Source: an uncultured Eubacteriales bacterium
GTDB taxonomy: Bacteria; Bacillota; Clostridia; Lachnospirales; Lachnospiraceae
Assembly (NCBI GenBank): GCA_949286775.1
Contig: CASEDW010000056.1
Location: 1-31,420 of the forward strand
Length of the DNA stretch: 31,420 bases
Reading direction: 5' to 3'
A model generated the notes under the pieces. It did no database searches and was not told where the DNA came from. It worked only from the letters and a program-made list of their open reading frames with translations. Shown one piece after another: positions 7,426 to 16,623 of this stretch. The position numbers and the translations under genes were made by a program. Each line of letters begins with the position of its first letter. Positions within the stretch are counted from its first letter, which is position 1.

Positions 7426-8259
7426 ATGAATGAAAACCATAACAATCAGAAGAAGATTGCTGTAATAAACGATTTTACAGGATTTGGAAGATGTTCGCTG
7501 GCTGTGGCTTTGCCGATAATATCAGCCCTGAAAGTTCAGTGCTGCCCTGTCCCGACGTCAATATTTTCTAACCATACAGGATTCAAAAGCTTTTTCTTTG
7601 AAGATTATACCGATAAAATGGAAAAATATATTGACGAATGGAAGAAACTGGGATTGAAGTTTTCGGCGATTTCGTCGGGATTTCTGGGTTCAAAGGAACA
7701 GATCAGGATAGTATCGGACTTTTTTAAATACTTCGGGGAAAAAGATACGATAATAGTGGTGGATCCTGTTATGGGAGACTACGGCAAAGCCTACTCGACT
7801 TATACCGATGAAATGTGTCATGAAATGAAAAAACTCGTTTCATTTGCCGACATCATTACGCCAAACCTCACCGAGGCATGTATTCTTGCTGATGAACCGT
7901 ACGATATCAAAAGAAGAAACAAGGACATACATAAACTCGCTCAGAAATTAAGCGATATGGGACCGGAAAAAGTAGTTATAACGGGTATAGCCCAGGGCGA
8001 TTTTATGGTAAATTTCTGCTACGAACGAGGAAAAGAAGGAAAGATCAGGAAAGTACACAAAGTGGGAACGCAGCGATCGGGAACGGGAGATGTATTCGCG
8101 TCGATAATCGCGGCGGATGCCGTAAACGGCGTTCCTTTTTACGATTCTGTCAGAAAAGCGTCCATATTTATAAAAAAATGTATCGAAAGATCGATAGAGC
8201 TTGACCTTCCGCTCACAGATGGGGTATGCTTTGAAGAAGTTTTGGATAAACTCAAGTGA
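7426..8259 (+). CDS. pdxK: Pyridoxal/pyridoxine/pyridoxamine kinase
   Basis: INDFTGFGRCSL, FSNHTGF, VVDPVMGDYG, ITPNLTEA, SGTGDVFAS. Confidence 0.9.
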   Translation: MNENHNNQKKIAVINDFTGFGRCSLAVALPIISALKVQCCPVPTSIFSNHTGFKSFFFEDYTDKMEKYIDEWKKLGLKFSAISSGFLGSKEQIRIVSDFFKYFGEKDTIIVVDPVMGDYGKAYSTYTDEMCHEMKKLVSFADIITPNLTEACILADEPYDIKRRNKDIHKLAQKLSDMGPEKVVITGIAQGDFMVNFCYERGKEGKIRKVHKVGTQRSGTGDVFASIIAADAVNGVPFYDSVRKASIFIKKCIERSIELDLPLTDGVCFEEVLDKLK

Positions 8260-8313
8260 TATCAAAGTCAAAAGATATATTAACTTCAATACAGTAAATG
8301 GAGGAATGCGGAT

Positions 8314-8928
8314 ATGAATAAAGCTATGACTATATTTTATGAAGTACATGATAATTTATATGTAAATCTGACAAATAAATGTCCGTGCAGCTGTACATTC
8401 TGTTTAAGACAGAACAGAGATCATATGGAAAAATCCGATCCGCTCTGGCTTGAGCACGAGCCTTCATATGAGGAGGCCGTAAATGAACTTGAAAAATTTG
8501 ATATGGATAAATACAGAGAGGTCGTTTTCTGCGGTTTCGGCGAGCCGACGGAGGCTTTCGACGTTTTAAAGAAGCTTGCAGCGTATATAAAAGAAAAATT
8601 TAACAAGCCGATCAGGATCAATACAAACGGCCTTGGAAACCTGATAAACAAAAGAGACATAACTCCTGAACTTGAGGGAGTAGTCGATACTGTTTCCATA
8701 AGTCTTAATACGCCGAACGCAGAAGAATACAATAAGATAGTTCGTCCTGTATTTGGAGAAAAATCCTTTGACGCGATGCTTGATTTCGCGAAAAAAGCGG
8801 CAAAATATGTGCCAAATGTAGTATTGACAACGGTTGATACTACTATTACAAAAGAAGAAGAAAACGAGTGCCGGTCAATTTGCGAAAAAATAGGCGTAAA
8901 ATACAGAATTCGCGCATGGGAAGCGTAA
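8314..8928 (+). CDS. Radical SAM protein of the TatD-associated type
   Basis: LYVNLTNKCPCSCTFCLR (CxxxCxxC), EVVFCGFGEPT, IRINTNGLG, SISLN; short, about 200 aa. Confidence 0.8.
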   Translation: MNKAMTIFYEVHDNLYVNLTNKCPCSCTFCLRQNRDHMEKSDPLWLEHEPSYEEAVNELEKFDMDKYREVVFCGFGEPTEAFDVLKKLAAYIKEKFNKPIRINTNGLGNLINKRDITPELEGVVDTVSISLNTPNAEEYNKIVRPVFGEKSFDAMLDFAKKAAKYVPNVVLTTVDTTITKEEENECRSICEKIGVKYRIRAWEA

Positions 8929-8954
8929 GCTTACCGCGTTAGAAAGAGGAAACG

Positions 8955-9872
8955 ATGGAGAAAATCTACGAGGGATTATGTGAAATTTGCGGAGAACAGA
9001 ATGTTTTGCTTGACGAAATTATGAAAGAGCATACAAGCTTTAAAATAGGAGGACCCGCGAAATATTTTGTGACGCCGTCTGACGGTACACAGCTCACAAA
9101 AACAGTTGAATTTTGCAATGAAAATAATCAGGAGTATTTTGTTCTCGGAAACGGAACTAACCTCCTCGTGTCAGATACAGGATATGACGGGGTTATCATA
9201 CAGATAAGAAAATATTTTAATGAGCTCAGGATAGAAGGAGACATGATCTACGCAGGCGCGGGATGTCTCCTTTCAAAAGTCGCGGCAGCTGCTGCGGCGA
9301 AAGAGCTTGAAGGATTTGAATTTGCCGCCGGAATCCCGGGAACAGTCGGAGGAGCCGTCGTTATGAACGCCGGAGCCTACGGCTCGGAGATCAAAGATGT
9401 CATAGAGGGAGCTCTCGTATGCATACCGGGAATAGGAGAAGTCAAGGTCCCGGCGGAAAAACTTGAACTCGGATACAGAACGAGCGTATTTGAAAAAAAC
9501 GACTGGATCATTACAGGGGCGGTTTTCAAACTGAAAAAGGGCAGCGGCGTTTCAATAGAAAACAAGATGAATGAGCTGCGAGAAATGAGAAAAGAAAAGC
9601 AGCCGCTGGAATTTCCGAGCGCGGGAAGCTCATTTAAAAGACCTGAAGGCAATTTCGCGGGCAAACTTATAGAGGACGCAGGATTGAAAGGCTTTTCTAT
9701 CGGCGGAGCTCAGATATCGGAAAAACACGCCGGATTTATTATCAACAGACAGGATGCCGACGCGAGCCAGGTAATGGAACTGTACAGATATACGATGAGG
9801 AAAGTTGAAGAAACATCGGGAGTAAAACTTGTACCGGAAGTTAAATTCCTGGGTAACTTTGATGAGAAATGA
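8955..9872 (+). CDS. murB: UDP-N-acetylenolpyruvoylglucosamine reductase
   Basis: HTSFKIGGPA, LGNGTNLLVSD, GIPGTVGGAVVMNAGAYG, QPLEFPSAGSSFKRP, KHAGFIIN. Confidence 0.96.
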   Translation: MEKIYEGLCEICGEQNVLLDEIMKEHTSFKIGGPAKYFVTPSDGTQLTKTVEFCNENNQEYFVLGNGTNLLVSDTGYDGVIIQIRKYFNELRIEGDMIYAGAGCLLSKVAAAAAAKELEGFEFAAGIPGTVGGAVVMNAGAYGSEIKDVIEGALVCIPGIGEVKVPAEKLELGYRTSVFEKNDWIITGAVFKLKKGSGVSIENKMNELREMRKEKQPLEFPSAGSSFKRPEGNFAGKLIEDAGLKGFSIGGAQISEKHAGFIINRQDADASQVMELYRYTMRKVEETSGVKLVPEVKFLGNFDEK

Positions 9873-9882
9873 GGCAAGGTAA

Positions 9883-10863
9883 ATGTCGTTTTCATCAGAT
9901 TTGAAAAACGAACTCGGAAAAGTGATCGACAATCCGAGGCACTGCAGGATAGCTGAACTGGCAGCGATCATGTGCATGTCAGGCGTAGTAAGAAGAAATG
10001 ACAGGGGAAGATATGTCATAAGCGTATCTCTTGAAAATCCGATACCCGCCGAAGTTTGTTCGGCTCTTCTGAAAAAAGTTTTTGATATGGAAACGGAAAT
10101 AGAAGAGAGACGATCAAACAGAAATCTCGCGTTATACAGCTGCGAAATAGAGGAAAAAGACTCAGTCGACGTGGCCAACGCTTTAAAGATCAGGATAAGA
10201 GAGAACAAGATATTTCCGGATGTGGAAAGCCTGACGGAAAATACCTGCTGCAGAAGGGCGTTTTTGCGCGGAGCGTTTATAACCGCAGGATCGATAAGCG
10301 ACCCTGACAGACATTATCATCTGGAAATTCCGTGCAGGGATATATACAGCGCGCAGCAGATAATGATGATAATGAACAGGCTTGGGCTTGAACCCAAGAT
10401 GGTTGAAAGACAGAATCATTATGTCGTATATTTAAAAGACAGCGAGCAGATAGCGGACATGCTGGGACTTATGGGCGCCAGAAAGAGCCTTTTGGAGCTT
10501 GAAAACGCGAGGATAAGGCGTGAAGTAAGGGGAAATATAAACAGGCGCGTCAACTGTGAAACAGCGAATATTAATAAGACTGCACACGCCGCGGCGCGTC
10601 AGATTGAAGATATTTTGCTTATAAAAGAAAAAGCCGGGCTAAGTTCCCTGCCTATGGGACTTGACGAGATGGCAAGAGTGAGGTTAAAATATCCAGAAGC
10701 AAGTCTTAGTGAACTGGGAACATATCTTGAGCCGCCGGTCGGCAAATCAGGTGTGAATCACCGGCTTCGAAAGTTAGGTGAGATCGCGGCTTCGCTAAAA
10801 CGCAAGGAGGAGAGTTGTTATGATCAGGAAACCGGTAACGGTAAAAATTTCAAATGGACTTGA
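9883..10863 (+). CDS. whiA: DNA-binding protein WhiA
   Basis: MSFSSDLKNEL, FLRGAFITAGSISDP..YHLE, NRRVNCETANINK, R..YPEASL.ELG, KSGVNHRLRK. Confidence 0.95.
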   Translation: MSFSSDLKNELGKVIDNPRHCRIAELAAIMCMSGVVRRNDRGRYVISVSLENPIPAEVCSALLKKVFDMETEIEERRSNRNLALYSCEIEEKDSVDVANALKIRIRENKIFPDVESLTENTCCRRAFLRGAFITAGSISDPDRHYHLEIPCRDIYSAQQIMMIMNRLGLEPKMVERQNHYVVYLKDSEQIADMLGLMGARKSLLELENARIRREVRGNINRRVNCETANINKTAHAAARQIEDILLIKEKAGLSSLPMGLDEMARVRLKYPEASLSELGTYLEPPVGKSGVNHRLRKLGEIAASLKRKEESCYDQETGNGKNFKWT

Positions 10864-11074
10864 AGTACGTCCGATTGCTATGCTTGTTCAGGTTGCAAGC
10901 CAGTTTGAAAGTGAAATTCATATCGAAAGCGGATCAAGAAAAGTCAATGCCAAAAGTATCATGGGTATGATGACCCTTGGACTTGACACAGGAGATGAAG
11001 TTATTATAACGGCGAATGGAATCGACGAAGAGCTGGCCATGGAAAAAGTGGAAGAATATTTGTCTAACAAATAA
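10820..11074 (+). CDS. HPr-family protein, Crh-like (Glu at position 15, Ser46 retained)
   Basis: NGLEVRP replaces the canonical GLHARP; VNAKSIMG present. AGGAGG RBS lies inside the end of whiA. Confidence 0.9.
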   Translation: MIRKPVTVKISNGLEVRPIAMLVQVASQFESEIHIESGSRKVNAKSIMGMMTLGLDTGDEVIITANGIDEELAMEKVEEYLSNK

Positions 11075-11090
11075 ATAAAATGATAAAAAC

Positions 11091-11118
11091 AAAAAGCTGC
11101 CGCAGGGCAGCTTTTTTT
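11091..11118. terminator. Bidirectional intrinsic terminator
   Basis: AAAAAGCTGCC-GCAG-GGCAGCTTTTTTT between the convergent HPr-like and mecA genes. Confidence 0.85.
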
Positions 11119-11154
11119 GCTATGTATAAGATGGAGTTTCTTCTTTTGTTAATT

Positions 11155-11907
11155 TCAGAGCTGTGAAAGTTTCTGGATCGCGTTGTCGGCGATCATAAGA
11201 TAGCCGTGTTCGCGAAGGAAATTTTCAGAGGCGTCTGAAACATGATCTGATGAGCTGTATTCGGACAGAATATTGCATGTCTTGTTAAACATCTCGGGCT
11301 CTTCACCTTCGCTGTGTATTATCAGGATGTAGGCGTTGTTTTCAAATTTGTAAAGAGAATTCTTTGCCTTGAGATGATGATCCACAGCCTTTGCTCCAAG
11401 GATAGCGTCGTCCAGCGTCATAAACCGGAAAGCTTCCAAAAGAGGGGATGCAATATTGTTATCAGCGTTCTGATCCTCTCCGGAATTATTTGAAGAAGCT
11501 GCGCCGTTATTTTGACCGGCTTCGTTTTTCTTTATATTTAACGCCGCTTCGGTCGCTTTTTTTATCAGGTTGAGGATCGCGTCCGCGCCTGAAAGATGAA
11601 CGTCGGCGCTTTTTTGCGCTTGCGGGTTGGAAAAGCTGGAAAAACGGGTGTCGAGCTCTTCGGGATCCGTTACTTTAGTTATATTCAGCACAAGGCGATC
11701 CCGCATCGGGATTGCTTCTATCATCAGAGGACTTCCGTTGGCGTCAAAACCAACGTCGTGTTTTGCCTGAGCCATCATATCGTGAAACAGATTTTTTGCC
11801 TTTTCAGATCCGTATGAAAGCTCGTCAAGAGTAATTTTTCTGCTTGAAAGCTCATCGCTCATAATAGTGCAGCGTATCTGGTTTTCGTTGATTTTTTCTA
11901 TCTTCAT
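11155..11907 (-). CDS. mecA: Adapter protein MecA (ClpC adaptor)
   Basis: MKIEKINENQIRCTI...DELSYGSEKAKNLF, PLMIEAIP, LSEY C-terminal motif. The sequence shows the gene is on the minus strand (CAT ending at 11907, TCA at 11155), contrary to the track label. Confidence 0.88.
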   Translation of the reverse strand: MKIEKINENQIRCTIMSDELSSRKITLDELSYGSEKAKNLFHDMMAQAKHDVGFDANGSPLMIEAIPMRDRLVLNITKVTDPEELDTRFSSFSNPQAQKSADVHLSGADAILNLIKKATEAALNIKKNEAGQNNGAASSNNSGEDQNADNNIASPLLEAFRFMTLDDAILGAKAVDHHLKAKNSLYKFENNAYILIIHSEGEEPEMFNKTCNILSEYSSSDHVSDASENFLREHGYLMIADNAIQKLSQL

Positions 11908-12045
11908 ATATTATCCTTATCTTTTTATTAAATGTAAATAGTATAAAACAGTATTTTATTTTTTGCAATTAGAAACAATATCATATACAATACATAGATA
12001 AGAGAAAAATATTTATAAGTAAAATGAAAAAGGCAAACAGATAAA

Positions 12046-13725
12046 ATGAAAAATACAAATAAGAGAAACAATAAAAAAAAGAATGAAAAGACGCCGATCC
12101 CGGTGATAGTAGCCGGACTTATCATAGTAGCGGTTGTATGCATAGTTTATGTTGTGGTAAATGGAATGGGGCCGAACAATACAGTAGCGGATCAGAACAG
12201 GCTGTTCGCGATGCCAGATGATTCAAGCGCTGCCATTATCATAAACGGAGAGCAGATCGAAGAATATGGAAAAGTCATTGACGGCAATGTATATATACCA
12301 TATGACACGGTCTGGGATAATATTAACAGCGGATTTTATCTTGAAAACGATACTTTATATATGACGCTTCCGGCAGAGACGAGAACATGGAATATTAATG
12401 ACGGCAGCGGCGCCATTTACAGGGACGAGGCAGGCATAACATATATTTCGGCTTCCTGCGTAAAAGACAATTCGGATATCGAAATGGAGATATATCAGGA
12501 TCCTGACAGGGTTGTGATCAGAAACGACTGGACTAATATAAAGCTTGCGACAGTGACAGAAGAAACGCCTATAAGACTCAGAGCTGATGAAAGAAGCGAG
12601 ATAGCAGTAAATGTTTCAGAAGGAAATGAAGTTACGCTTGTGGAAGAAGGCGAGAGCTGGGCGCAGGTAATATCACCTGACGGTCACAACGGATTTATAA
12701 AATCCGAATGCCTGACAGATATAAGAGACGCGGTGCATGAAGCGGATCTAGCGTATGTTTTCGAGCCGATAAAATATCCTGACAGGATAAGGATGGTATG
12801 GCATTATATAGACAGCGTTGAAAACAATATATATCTTGACGGCATGCTTGTCGACGCGCATGGTTTAAATATCATAAGCCCTACGTGGTTCAGTCTGTCG
12901 GCTCCCGACGGAAGTATAGTTTCATACGCCGACGCGCAGTATGTGGAAAAAGCCCATTCCCAATACGGTCTCAGTATATGGGCGATGGTAGGCGACTATA
13001 CGGGCGAGGACAGCTCGACGGGGCAGATACTTCAAAACACAGACAGCAGACGCAATCTGATAAATCAGATTATGCAGCAGGTTTTGACTTATGGCCTTGA
13101 AGGTATTAATATAGATTTTGAAACTATCACATATGAAGAAGCACCTGCATATCTTCAGTTTTTGAGAGAGATCACTATAGAAGCTCATAAAAACGGCATA
13201 ATAGTCTCGGTTGACAATTACGTTCCGACTTATACGAAACAGTACAAACGCAGTGAAGAGAACAAGATAGTGGATTATGTGGTGATCATGGGCTACGATG
13301 AGCATACTGTTTCATCAGATGAGATAGGTTCCGTAGCGTCGATAGGATTCGTTGAAAACGGTATTATCGATACTTTAGAAGAGGTTGATCCTGAAAAAAC
13401 TGTTTTAGCGGTTCCGTTTTATTCAAGGGGATGGAAAGAAAATTACGGAAGCGCTGAATTTGAAGTTGAAAATGTCTATATGACGGAGCAGCAGGATTAT
13501 ATAAAAGAGCATGGTATAGAGGTTTACTGGAATGAAAGCGTGGGACAGAATATGGGAAGCGCCGAAGGCGAAAACGCGAGATATTCTATCTGGCTGGAGG
13601 ACGCCCAGTCTATCGCGAAAAAACTTGAACTTGTAAACAAATATCAGCTTGCCGGAGCTTCGGCATGGCGAATAGGAATGGAAACGCCGGACATATGGGA
13701 CGTCTGGGAAAGTTATTTAGGTTAA
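12046..13725 (+). CDS. Membrane-anchored GH18 glycoside hydrolase with SH3-like domain (YdhD/YaaH-like peptidoglycan hydrolase)
   Basis: N-terminal TM anchor, SH3-like VTLVEEGESWAQV...GFIK, ISPTWF, GINIDFE catalytic motif, VIMGYDEH, AGASAWRIG. Confidence 0.85.
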   Translation: MKNTNKRNNKKKNEKTPIPVIVAGLIIVAVVCIVYVVVNGMGPNNTVADQNRLFAMPDDSSAAIIINGEQIEEYGKVIDGNVYIPYDTVWDNINSGFYLENDTLYMTLPAETRTWNINDGSGAIYRDEAGITYISASCVKDNSDIEMEIYQDPDRVVIRNDWTNIKLATVTEETPIRLRADERSEIAVNVSEGNEVTLVEEGESWAQVISPDGHNGFIKSECLTDIRDAVHEADLAYVFEPIKYPDRIRMVWHYIDSVENNIYLDGMLVDAHGLNIISPTWFSLSAPDGSIVSYADAQYVEKAHSQYGLSIWAMVGDYTGEDSSTGQILQNTDSRRNLINQIMQQVLTYGLEGINIDFETITYEEAPAYLQFLREITIEAHKNGIIVSVDNYVPTYTKQYKRSEENKIVDYVVIMGYDEHTVSSDEIGSVASIGFVENGIIDTLEEVDPEKTVLAVPFYSRGWKENYGSAEFEVENVYMTEQQDYIKEHGIEVYWNESVGQNMGSAEGENARYSIWLEDAQSIAKKLELVNKYQLAGASAWRIGMETPDIWDVWESYLG

Positions 13726-13738
13726 CGGAAAGGGGAAA

Positions 13739-14323
13739 ATGATGGAAAACTTCAATGAAGAATTTAAAACAACTTTAATGGGCGGATTTGATAAAGAAGA
13801 CGTTCTCGCGAAGTTTAAGGCTCTCAATGATGAGTCTTACGCGAAAAGAAGCAAAATGGCTCTTGAAATAGAAAAACAGATGAAGATCATCGAGGAAAAA
13901 GACAAGATCATTGCGGAAAAAAATGAAGAGATCGAGTCATTGAAAAAAGATATACACGAAAAATATCAGAGCTATATTGATAATTATGATACTATCGGAA
14001 AAATTGTTTTTGAGACGAGGGTTCAGTCTGAAAAAACTATAAAAGAAGCCAAAGAAGAAGCTGAGAAAATCATAAAAGAGGCTAATGAAAAAGCTCAGCA
14101 CTGCAATGACAAAGCTCAGCTCGAAGTGGAAAGAAAACTTGCTGACGGAAAGAGAAAATACAATGTTCTCCAGGAGGAGATAAACGAACTCATTCAGCTT
14201 GTAAATCAGGTTCAGCATAAATTTATGCAGTCTTTTAAAGCTATCCATGAGATTTCAGGATCAATAAACGACGAAAACTACGGATCTGACATAGATGAAT
14301 GTTTTGACGAAGAAGACGAATGA
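13739..14323 (+). CDS. Coiled-coil protein with DivIVA/GpsB-like N-terminus
   Basis: FKTTLMGGFDKEDV resembles the DivIVA head; long charged coiled coil (AKEEAEKIIKEA). Confidence 0.6.
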   Translation: MMENFNEEFKTTLMGGFDKEDVLAKFKALNDESYAKRSKMALEIEKQMKIIEEKDKIIAEKNEEIESLKKDIHEKYQSYIDNYDTIGKIVFETRVQSEKTIKEAKEEAEKIIKEANEKAQHCNDKAQLEVERKLADGKRKYNVLQEEINELIQLVNQVQHKFMQSFKAIHEISGSINDENYGSDIDECFDEEDE

Positions 14324-15384
14324 TGAGAGCGAAGATTGTTTGTTTAGACAGAAATGATCCGGATGAAGAACAGATCAAAGAAGCGGGAGAGATTATATTA
14401 AAGGGAGGTCTTGTGGCGTTTCCCACTGAGACAGTATACGGACTCGGAGGAAACGCTCTCGATCCTGAGGCGTCAAATAAAATCTATACGGCAAAGGGAA
14501 GACCTTCTGACAATCCCCTTATAGTGCATATCGCAAGCTGGGAAGATCTGGATAAAATAGTAAAGGAAATACCGAAAAAGGCCCATATACTCGGAGAAAA
14601 ATGCTGGCCGGGACCCCTTACTATGATATTTAATAAAAAAGATATCGTTCCAAAAGAAACTACAGGCGGCCTTGATACCGTAGCGGTAAGATTTCCAAGC
14701 CATCCGGTGGCAAGAAAACTCATACTTGCCTCAGGAGGATATATCGCCGCTCCAAGTGCGAATATATCAGGAAGGCCGAGCCCGACAAAAGCGGAGCATG
14801 TGATAGAGGATCTGGCGAACAGGATAGACATGATAATAGATTCAGGCGAAACAGACATCGGACTTGAATCTACGATAGTCGATTTCACATCGGAAAATCC
14901 TGTTATTTTAAGGCCGGGATTTTACTCGGAAGAGGACATCCGTGAAATAATAGGCGATATTGAAGTTGACAGAGCCCTCATAAAAAATGACAGCCGGGTA
15001 AAACCAAAAGCGCCTGGTATGAAATACAGGCATTACGCTCCGAAAGGCGACCTTACCGTTGTCGAGGGCGAACGCGGCGAAGTAATAGACGAGATAAACA
15101 GGCTCATAAAGGAACATTCAAAGCAGGGACAGAAAACAGCGGTTCTATGTTCCGACGAAACAAAAGACAGATATATGGGAGCTGAGGTAATTTCCCTGGG
15201 AAGCCTCTTGAAAGAAGATGAGATAGCGCATCATTTGTTTGACGTTTTAAGGACGCTTGACAGCAGAAAAGTTGAGGTCATATATTCAGAGGCGTTTTAT
15301 ACTCAGAAAATAGGCGAGGCTATTATGAACCGTCTGCTTAAAGCAGCGGGTCATAAAGTAATAGATTTAAAAAATAAAAGGTAA
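14320..15384 (+). CDS. tsaC: L-threonylcarbamoyladenylate synthase (Sua5 type)
   Basis: VAFPTETVYGLG, KGRPSDNPLIVH, AAPSANISGRPSPT, APGMKYRHYAP. Confidence 0.95.
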   Translation: MMRAKIVCLDRNDPDEEQIKEAGEIILKGGLVAFPTETVYGLGGNALDPEASNKIYTAKGRPSDNPLIVHIASWEDLDKIVKEIPKKAHILGEKCWPGPLTMIFNKKDIVPKETTGGLDTVAVRFPSHPVARKLILASGGYIAAPSANISGRPSPTKAEHVIEDLANRIDMIIDSGETDIGLESTIVDFTSENPVILRPGFYSEEDIREIIGDIEVDRALIKNDSRVKPKAPGMKYRHYAPKGDLTVVEGERGEVIDEINRLIKEHSKQGQKTAVLCSDETKDRYMGAEVISLGSLLKEDEIAHHLFDVLRTLDSRKVEVIYSEAFYTQKIGEAIMNRLLKAAGHKVIDLKNKR

Positions 15385-15406
15385 AAGGTGAAAAGGAGAA
15401 AAAATC

Positions 15407-15835
15407 ATGATAGCTTTAGGTTGTGATCACGGCGGTTTCGATCTTATGCAGGAGGTAAAAAAACACCTCGAGGAAAGAGGGCTTGAGTACAAAGATTACG
15501 GTACATACAGCAAAGAATCCTGCGACTATCCGGTATACGGAAAAGCGGTCGCAAACGCGATTGTAAGCGGAGAGTGCGACAAGGGAATCCTCATTTGCGG
15601 AACAGGAATCGGTATTTCTATCGCCGCTAATAAAGTAAAAGGAATCCGTGCGGCTGTCGTTTCAGATACATTCAGCGCACAGGCTACAAGAGAGCACAAC
15701 GACGCGAATATCATCGCTTTCGGCGGACGCGTCGTAGGAGTTGGTCTTGCGCTCAAGATCGTAGATACATTTCTTGATACGCCGTTTTCAAACGGAGAAC
15801 GTCACAAAAAGAGAATCGCTCAGATAGAGGATTGA
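15407..15835 (+). CDS. rpiB: Ribose-5-phosphate isomerase B
   Basis: IALGCDHGG, ICGTGIGISIAANKVKGIRA, EHNDAN, RHKKRI. Confidence 0.96.
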   Translation: MIALGCDHGGFDLMQEVKKHLEERGLEYKDYGTYSKESCDYPVYGKAVANAIVSGECDKGILICGTGIGISIAANKVKGIRAAVVSDTFSAQATREHNDANIIAFGGRVVGVGLALKIVDTFLDTPFSNGERHKKRIAQIED

Positions 15836-15853
15836 TTAAGAAAATATTGATAA

Positions 15854-15884
15854 AAAACAGTCGTGGGATAACCATGGCTGTTTT
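15854..15884 (+). terminator. Terminator-like hairpin after rpiB
   Basis: AAAACAGTCGTGG-GATAA-CCATGGCTGTTTT. Confidence 0.6.
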
Positions 15885-15911
15885 GATATAAGAAGAAAAA
15901 CAGGAGGCACC

Positions 15912-16400
15912 ATGAACGAAAAACGCGCGGACTATATAACATGGGATGAATATTTTATGGCGGTTGCGAAACTGGCGGGTATGCGGTCGAAAGATCCGAA
16001 TTCGCAGGTCGGCTCCTGCATAGTAAGTCAGGATAACAAGATTCTGTCGATGGGATACAATGGATTCCCTATAGGATGTTCAGACGACGAATATCCATGG
16101 TCAAGAGAGGATGAAGATCCTCTCAATACAAAGTATCTGTATGTGACCCACAGCGAACTGAACGCTATTTTAAATTACAGGGGAGGCTCCCTTGAAGGCT
16201 CAAAAATGTATGTGTCTATGTTCCCATGCAACGAATGCGCAAAAGCGATAATTCAGGCGGGAATAAAAACGCTCATATACGATGTAAACAAATATCCGAC
16301 GTCGGCTTCCGTGCTTGCTTCCATGAGGATGCTCAAATCAGCAGGAGTAGAAGTGAAAAAATATAAACCAAGCGGAAGAAAAATCGAAATGGATGTGTAA
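15912..16400 (+). CDS. dCMP deaminase (ComEB family)
   Basis: RSKDPNSQVG, GYNG, HSELNA and PCNEC zinc motifs; AGGAGG RBS. Confidence 0.92.
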   Translation: MNEKRADYITWDEYFMAVAKLAGMRSKDPNSQVGSCIVSQDNKILSMGYNGFPIGCSDDEYPWSREDEDPLNTKYLYVTHSELNAILNYRGGSLEGSKMYVSMFPCNECAKAIIQAGIKTLIYDVNKYPTSASVLASMRMLKSAGVEVKKYKPSGRKIEMDV

Positions 16401-16414
16401 AAAATAACGGATAT

Positions 16415-16454
16415 AAAAAATGGCAGTGCCGCGATCGCGACACTGCCATTTTTT
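16415..16454. terminator. Bidirectional intrinsic terminator
   Basis: AAAAAATGGCAGTG...CACTGCCATTTTTT. Confidence 0.85.
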
Positions 16455-16557
16455 GCGCGATATACCTGGCAAGCAGCCGCCGTGCTTGCACGAGCGGATA
16501 TTTGCTGGGTAACGGTCAACGAGTGGCAATGCCACGAGATGAGCGAGGTATCGCGCA
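16454..16557. repeat. 104-bp GC-rich element with terminal inverted repeats (MITE/REP-like or structured RNA)
   Basis: TGCGCGATA (16454-62) and TATCGCGCA (16549-57), with internal hairpins GCAAGCA/TGCTTGC and GTGGC/GCCAC. Only one copy in this window. Confidence 0.4.
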
Positions 16558-16593
16558 GATCGGATAGGGAAGAATACTTCCTCTATCCGATCT
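16557..16593. terminator. Long hairpin downstream of the hydrolase gene
   Basis: AGATCGGATAGGGAAG-AATA-CTTCCTCTATCCGATCT (about 16 bp with one bulge); no clear U-tract. Confidence 0.5.
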
Positions 16594-16623
16594 ATGTAAA
16601 TCTGAAAGAAAATTTGCTTCGCA

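Noticed and set aside
11155-11907. ORF track labels this ORF as + strand
   Set aside because: The plus strand reads TCAGAGCTGTG at 11155 and ends ...ATCTTCAT at 11907; the MecA translation comes from the minus strand.
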